Shown: positions 47,659 through 52,652 of the stretch, one piece after another
Numbering within the stretch: position 1 is the first letter of the stretch
Layout: every line of letters begins with the position of its first letter
Source of the DNA: a virus
Lineage: Duplodnaviria > Caudoviricetes
IMG/VR virus record: IMGVR_UViG_3300036770_004392
Span: 1-52,652 of that record
Reading direction: 5' to 3' (one strand)
Length of the DNA: 52,652 nucleotides
Notes under the pieces: generated by a model
What the model was told of the DNA's origin: nothing
The model's database searches: none
What the model saw: the letters and a program-made list of their open reading frames with translations, nothing else
Program-made: the position numbers and the translations under genes

Positions 47659-49721
47659 AGTCCCCACAACCCTTCATCATCTTGACTAGGTTCTACAGGA
47701 GGATTCCTAGTGAATGTATCTATATTAGTGCTATATTTCCTCCAGGCAGAAAAAGGAGCTCTAAAATCTTTATCATCTGGAGGATCGTATCTGTATTCTA
47801 CATCACGCATTAACTTATCAGGTTTGGCTTCAAGCGGCCCTAAATTTTCATGTTGTGGATAAGGTTCAAATGTTGGAGCACGTCTAGGTAATATTACTAA
47901 ATCTTGTAAATTTTGCCAGTCATCTTGAGATGGTAAATCAGGTAAAATATTTTCTGCTAGATAATGTTGTAAAGTTGCCAATGCACTTATCCTTGCTTCT
48001 TCCGGTTCTTCAGCTATATCAGCAGTAGGAGCTGTTCCTGCTTGCGGTCCGTTCATATGTATTTGAGGAGCAGTTTCAATTATATTTCCACCCGCTAGTG
48101 TTTCGTTACTACCACCAGAAGTGTTAAAAATATGGCCGCCTGCTTTAATATCAATATCACCTCCTGAGGTATGCTTCCAAGATGAATCAGTGTTAATGTC
48201 TACACTGCCATCAACTTTTGTTTTTAAATATCCCTCAATATGTTGATCTACACTATGACCGTTAACATGATGAATACGCAGGTCTTTGTTAACAATAATA
48301 TCTACCCTATCAGGTGTTGGTCCATGTACATCTTTAATTGGTATTGATCTATCATCGTCGTTAGCACAAGGATCATCCGGATCATCACTCCTAGGCCTAT
48401 AGGGTGCATATAGCGGACCGCTGTCTACTCCAAAACTAGCACTTGTACCTTTTAATACTCTTAGATCCATACGACCTAAGATATTATGTGTATAATCGTC
48501 GTTGTATACTTTTTTCACATGTCCGATAACATTCTGTCTATATTCTCCTCCAATCGTTTCATCTACAAGCTTTGCTATTTCAATTTTTTGATTCTCATCA
48601 ACTCTTAACACATAATCTTTACAAACTCTAGTATGCATTTCGCAACCGACTTTAATATTAAAATTGCGACCAACATCTAAATTAAAATCCCTGTCACACC
48701 TAAAATTAAAATCTTGCTTTGTTCTCACATTTATACTATCTGCTGCAAATATATCAATCTTTCCGTCACTAGTTAATTCTATCCAAGCAGTTCCTCTGCT
48801 ATTACATATATAGATTAAATCTTCGCTGTTATGTAAAAGAATTTGATGTCCTGTTCGTGTTCTGAATCTTAATAATTCGTTATGAGGTCTATCTCTTAAA
48901 CCTGTTTCATTTTCTTCTACATTTTTATAGTCTGGAGGACCATCAGATGGTAGTTTTTCTCTTTCCCATTTATCATCTCCATCATCCATAACTATACTAC
49001 TACCACCTAGTCGACTTACAAAAGCATTATTAATTTCGCTTTCGGCTTTACCTACTTTTCCAGTTTTCCCTCCTTTATCAATGGGTCCAGGTGTGCTGAT
49101 TCCAAATACCATACTAGGAACTTCTCGTCTAGCACTACTAGTAGTAATACCTCTTGTATCATCTTTAAGTAAACCTTGTTTTTCTAAAAATCTAGCAAAT
49201 GGATGCTCTGGCTTAAGTTTTTTAGTTCCATCTTCATTCCCTTCATGAATTTTTTTATTATATTCTGTTCCTGGAACACGCTCTTTTTCTCTATCTGTTT
49301 GTCTGCTTATATCTGAAATATATTTTGTAGCAGCGAACCCAGGTGTACTAAAATTCATATTTTCGTTAATCATAGGGCATCCAATCCAATACCCTTTCTT
49401 TTCATCACCATTTAGAAAAATCACAACAACAAAGCTTCCTACATCAGGAGGAATCATCCAAAATCCATAACTTTTTTGAGTTTCATTATGTACATCAGGA
49501 TCTTGACCTAGATAATCATAACTAGTAACTCCATAAAATGGACTAAGATATTTCACTTGTCTTATTTGACTACCACTTTTTTCGTTGCTTCCAACTTCTC
49601 TCATTAATTGCACTTCTAATACACCGTTATAAGTTTGATCAACTATACTAATAACTTTCGCTAAACAAGGAGTACCATCTTTAGTTGTTGTATTTGGTAT
49701 CGATCTATTTTCTTCTGTCAT
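47655..49721 (-). CDS. baseplate hub/central spike protein (T4 gp5 / VgrG-like)
   Basis: OB-fold-like GFWMIPPDVGSFVVVIF, RTRTGHQILL, and beta-helix V/I-G repeats. Confidence 0.8.
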   Translation of the reverse strand: MTEENRSIPNTTTKDGTPCLAKVISIVDQTYNGVLEVQLMREVGSNEKSGSQIRQVKYLSPFYGVTSYDYLGQDPDVHNETQKSYGFWMIPPDVGSFVVVIFLNGDEKKGYWIGCPMINENMNFSTPGFAATKYISDISRQTDREKERVPGTEYNKKIHEGNEDGTKKLKPEHPFARFLEKQGLLKDDTRGITTSSARREVPSMVFGISTPGPIDKGGKTGKVGKAESEINNAFVSRLGGSSIVMDDGDDKWEREKLPSDGPPDYKNVEENETGLRDRPHNELLRFRTRTGHQILLHNSEDLIYICNSRGTAWIELTSDGKIDIFAADSINVRTKQDFNFRCDRDFNLDVGRNFNIKVGCEMHTRVCKDYVLRVDENQKIEIAKLVDETIGGEYRQNVIGHVKKVYNDDYTHNILGRMDLRVLKGTSASFGVDSGPLYAPYRPRSDDPDDPCANDDDRSIPIKDVHGPTPDRVDIIVNKDLRIHHVNGHSVDQHIEGYLKTKVDGSVDINTDSSWKHTSGGDIDIKAGGHIFNTSGGSNETLAGGNIIETAPQIHMNGPQAGTAPTADIAEEPEEARISALATLQHYLAENILPDLPSQDDWQNLQDLVILPRRAPTFEPYPQHENLGPLEAKPDKLMRDVEYRYDPPDDKDFRAPFSAWRKYSTNIDTFTRNPPVEPSQDDEGLWGL

Positions 49722-52036
49722 AAATTTGTATCTCCTAGTTCACTACCATATTGTTCTTCTTCATATGTTGGTTCCAAAGATCCTGTCCATTCAGGAGCGT
49801 TTGCTGGCAAACCTATATCTGCATAATCTGCTGCTTCAAGTTCTGTAAGTTGAGTTGGTCCTAAATAGTCATCATCTGGCTCTGGCTGAGCTGCAACTGC
49901 TAACTTTCCTTGAGGTACACTACGATTATCCTGATCTGGTAATCTAATTAGTGTTAGATCTTGTGTGAATTTTCCCTTATTAAATATATTATTGACCCGT
50001 AAAACCCTAAAAATTCCACTAAACTGAAACTGGCTTCCGGGATCACCGAAGTAATAAAGTCCATCCCATTCAGGCATTTTATCATTTGGATTTTGATCTA
50101 TTGGGGTCCTAAAATACACCCCAATATAAACTTCTCCGTGTTCATAATCCATCTCCTTATCACCATTGATTCCCTGCTTATTAGTATGTGGAGCTCGATA
50201 ATTTCCTGTACCACTACTAGTTATATAAAAAGGATCTCCTAGAATTGATAATTCTAAATTAATCATATCATGACCAGTAGTTGCTAAATCATGAAATTGT
50301 CTAGCAGCTAATGTAGCAGGATCATCTGATTGGAAACCTCCTCCTTTATTACTAGTTTTATTAGCATTTTTGTTGAATCTAATAGCAGAAGGTTGTTTAT
50401 GGGTATCTGGAGATAATCCTGGAGGATTTGGTTCTTTTTGTTTTCCTATTTGCTCAGAGTTAGATCCTCCTTGAGCTGGGCCAACTCCCTCATATTGTTC
50501 AGTTAATTTTCCTGCATCAGAAGTTAAAGCCTTATAAAATCCTGTATTAAACTGTAACTGAACATCTAGAACATCTAAATTTTGTCCTGTATAGATATAA
50601 TAATATTCTTTAACAATTTCTTGGAACTTGTTTTCTAATCCTGGATTCTTCATATTAGGAGGTGTAAATTTTTGAGCATCAACATAATATTCCTCTACTC
50701 TGAACACAATCTTTTTAGGACTATAAGCTGTTTTTAGATCTTCTGGACCTTTATAATAAACTTTAGTATCGATACGCCACCAAATTATTTGACCTTGGGG
50801 AGTCCAATTTTTTAAGGCATATTTTGGGTAATCACTAGTTAGTATAACTTGATTTATAACATCGGTAACAAGCTGCCCTTGATCAAAAGTAAAAATACCG
50901 TTATTAGGATTTACTTTCATCTTTCCTCGCTTATATACTCCATTCTCATAGACAAAATTATCATCGGCAAATCCTGTTTGCCCTTTATTATAATTATTAA
51001 ATCCTAAATTAGATAATCCAATCTTGTTAACACTGCCATCACTTCTTGATTGATCTGGAAATACTATATCGATCTCATCATAGTATTCGGTAGTCTTTTG
51101 ATCTTTTCTTTCTTTCATATATTGATTAAAGACATTTACTAAGCTTCTTTCGCTTTTACGTAAAAGCTCTTCAACAGTTTTCGGTGCTTTATCATCAACA
51201 ATAAGTTGTACGTCATGTTTTATCTGATTATGAGTGTCACTAAAGCCACTTTCATTATAAGGATAAGCAGCTACTTCATACAAACAACCTTTTTTACTTA
51301 CAGCCATTTCTATTTGTCTTAGTTTCAAAGGAATGTATTTTCTACTTACAGTTGATTCAATGTTTAAATTGTCAGGATCATGATGCCCTGTAAACTTTAT
51401 TGTCAACAACATTACCGAATCAGCGTAATTTTTGTAACCTTGTTTTATAGCCGCAGTTTGAAGTGCCTGAAAAAATAAACCCATACTATATGGTTCTACG
51501 ACCTGGAAATTTATTTCTAAAGCATTACTATTCCCTGTCTTCTCGTTCAATCCGGTAATACAAAGAATTTTTAGATTTTCAATATGATAATCGTGCCTTC
51601 CTGAAGCAGTCTCTACTAGTTCAGGTTCCTTATAAGCTCCTGCACTAGCCAAAATAATTTGACCCCTATCCCCTCCTATATAACCAGCACTGTTGTAAGT
51701 TCCTTTTGATATTACACTTAGAGTAAAATGATAATTATAAACACTGTAATCAAAAAGTTTATTAGGTTGTGGTCTATCATAGATTCCATCTAATTGTTTC
51801 AAAGGACTTCCGGAGGAAGATCTTCCTCCGGAAGATACACCCGGCACACCCGGTACTAAATTATTAGGTATTCCAAGATTGGTAACACCTTGTCTACTTA
51901 CTTGTCCTAACGTGTTTGCACCAGAAGTTATTGCATTTAGACCATTAGTCACTTGGCTAACATTAGACAAAACATTTTTTACTGCTCCAGAAATTGTTGT
52001 TGTAGCAGCATCAACAAAATTATTAAGTAAATTCAT
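49718..52036 (-). CDS. baseplate hub protein (gp27/gpD-like)
   Basis: LELSILGDP and FSGIFRVLRV.N.F..GKFTQ.L motifs; positioned between the gp53-like and gp5-like genes. Confidence 0.7.
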   Translation of the reverse strand: MNLLNNFVDAATTTISGAVKNVLSNVSQVTNGLNAITSGANTLGQVSRQGVTNLGIPNNLVPGVPGVSSGGRSSSGSPLKQLDGIYDRPQPNKLFDYSVYNYHFTLSVISKGTYNSAGYIGGDRGQIILASAGAYKEPELVETASGRHDYHIENLKILCITGLNEKTGNSNALEINFQVVEPYSMGLFFQALQTAAIKQGYKNYADSVMLLTIKFTGHHDPDNLNIESTVSRKYIPLKLRQIEMAVSKKGCLYEVAAYPYNESGFSDTHNQIKHDVQLIVDDKAPKTVEELLRKSERSLVNVFNQYMKERKDQKTTEYYDEIDIVFPDQSRSDGSVNKIGLSNLGFNNYNKGQTGFADDNFVYENGVYKRGKMKVNPNNGIFTFDQGQLVTDVINQVILTSDYPKYALKNWTPQGQIIWWRIDTKVYYKGPEDLKTAYSPKKIVFRVEEYYVDAQKFTPPNMKNPGLENKFQEIVKEYYYIYTGQNLDVLDVQLQFNTGFYKALTSDAGKLTEQYEGVGPAQGGSNSEQIGKQKEPNPPGLSPDTHKQPSAIRFNKNANKTSNKGGGFQSDDPATLAARQFHDLATTGHDMINLELSILGDPFYITSSGTGNYRAPHTNKQGINGDKEMDYEHGEVYIGVYFRTPIDQNPNDKMPEWDGLYYFGDPGSQFQFSGIFRVLRVNNIFNKGKFTQDLTLIRLPDQDNRSVPQGKLAVAAQPEPDDDYLGPTQLTELEAADYADIGLPANAPEWTGSLEPTYEEEQYGSELGDTNL

Positions 52037-52332
52037 ATTCCTATACTATTCTTAATATTACTAATTTTTGGAAGATATATTCGAACTCCTGGAATAAAAT
52101 CGTATATAGGATCTGATAATACGTCCATGTTTCTTTGAATGAAAACCCACCATAATTTATGATCTCTGTACAAATCATAAGCCAGTAAGTCCGGTCTATG
52201 TGTGTATTGAACTTCAATTGTATATAAAATATCATCCGATTCTGCTATAATAGGACGAATCTTAAAATAACCTAGATAATTCCCTATAATTTTAGTATTA
52301 AACCAAGGACTATTTTCTTTATATTCTGCCAT
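52033..52332 (-). CDS. baseplate wedge protein, T4 gp53/LysM-like
   Basis: RPDLLAYDLY....WWVF..RN...DPI.DF..G..I.LP. Confidence 0.85.
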   Translation of the reverse strand: MAEYKENSPWFNTKIIGNYLGYFKIRPIIAESDDILYTIEVQYTHRPDLLAYDLYRDHKLWWVFIQRNMDVLSDPIYDFIPGVRIYLPKISNIKNSIGI

Positions 52333-52652
52333 TATAGATATCCCGGTTTACTATCTACATAATCACCATTAACAAAACTGTCTAAATTAAATGTCCTAAC
52401 TTTTTTCCGACTCCATACAGGCTGACAAACCACACTTATTGTACTTTTCACAGGAACATGTGTTTTTCCACCTTTACTAAACGGAGCACTTCCTCCTCCA
52501 GTAGCACCTGCTAACATATTACCTGCATTATTCACAGCACTCAAAATTGCTCCAGCTGCTCCAAGAGCATTGGCTGCTTTACCTGCACCCAGAAATCCTG
52601 CTACTCCACCCAAGACTCCAAATGTATTGCTAGCATTTTCTATAGTTTGATT
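52332..52652 (-). CDS. tail/baseplate protein, C-terminal part (5'-truncated)
   Basis: Frame is open to the window end; Gly/Ala-rich linker then HVPVKSTISV..QP; TAATG coupling to the gp53-like gene. Confidence 0.65.
   Translation of the reverse strand, partial: NQTIENASNTFGVLGGVAGFLGAGKAANALGAAGAILSAVNNAGNMLAGATGGGSAPFSKGGKTHVPVKSTISVVCQPVWSRKKVRTFNLDSFVNGDYVDSKPGYL

Noticed and set aside
1-52652. Stop-codon reassignment, as in some large phages
   Set aside because: Standard-code ORFs tile the window densely, including a 4298-aa ORF, and TAA, TGA and TAG all end genes at sensible coupled junctions.
1-52652. tRNA, CRISPR array, intron/intein, transposase or rho-independent terminators
   Set aside because: None recognisable by eye; there is almost no intergenic space and I saw no convincing GC hairpin plus U-tract. 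A tool search could still find weak cases.
43672-52652. Bacterial T6SS or extracellular contractile injection system
   Set aside because: The gp25/gp5/gp6-like genes sit with phage fibres, thyX and T4-like late motifs, and no membrane-complex or bacterial housekeeping genes are present.

Overview
AT-rich, gene-dense segment of a large (jumbo-type) tailed dsDNA phage with T4-like contractile-tail/baseplate genes, read in the standard genetic code. Left end (+ strand, 1-3125): a truncated HExxH/VWA-like (DUF2201-type) protein, four hypothetical genes and thyX. Right half (- strand, 22934-52652): a tail/baseplate module (gp53-, gp27-, gp5-, gp25-, gp6-like genes, a 4298-aa giant structural protein, three paralogous fibre-like proteins and a fibre with a Peptidase_G2-like chaperone). 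Between them (3105-22941) is a ~20 kb enzyme cluster: eight radical SAM enzymes (five N-terminal twitch type, two SPASM-type paralogues that look circularly permuted relative to each other, one B12-dependent enzyme fused to a methyltransferase-like domain), four SGNH-like proteins (two a tandem duplicate with an identical 578-nt core), an Stf0-like sulfotransferase, a class I methyltransferase and four glycosyltransferase-like genes. Most of the cluster continues the tightly coupled minus-strand gene run of the tail module and shares an ATAA(A/G/C)TA late-promoter-like motif with it. My best inference is a late-expressed virion/tail glycan or protein tailoring system. All family calls come from motifs read by eye; no database searches were run.
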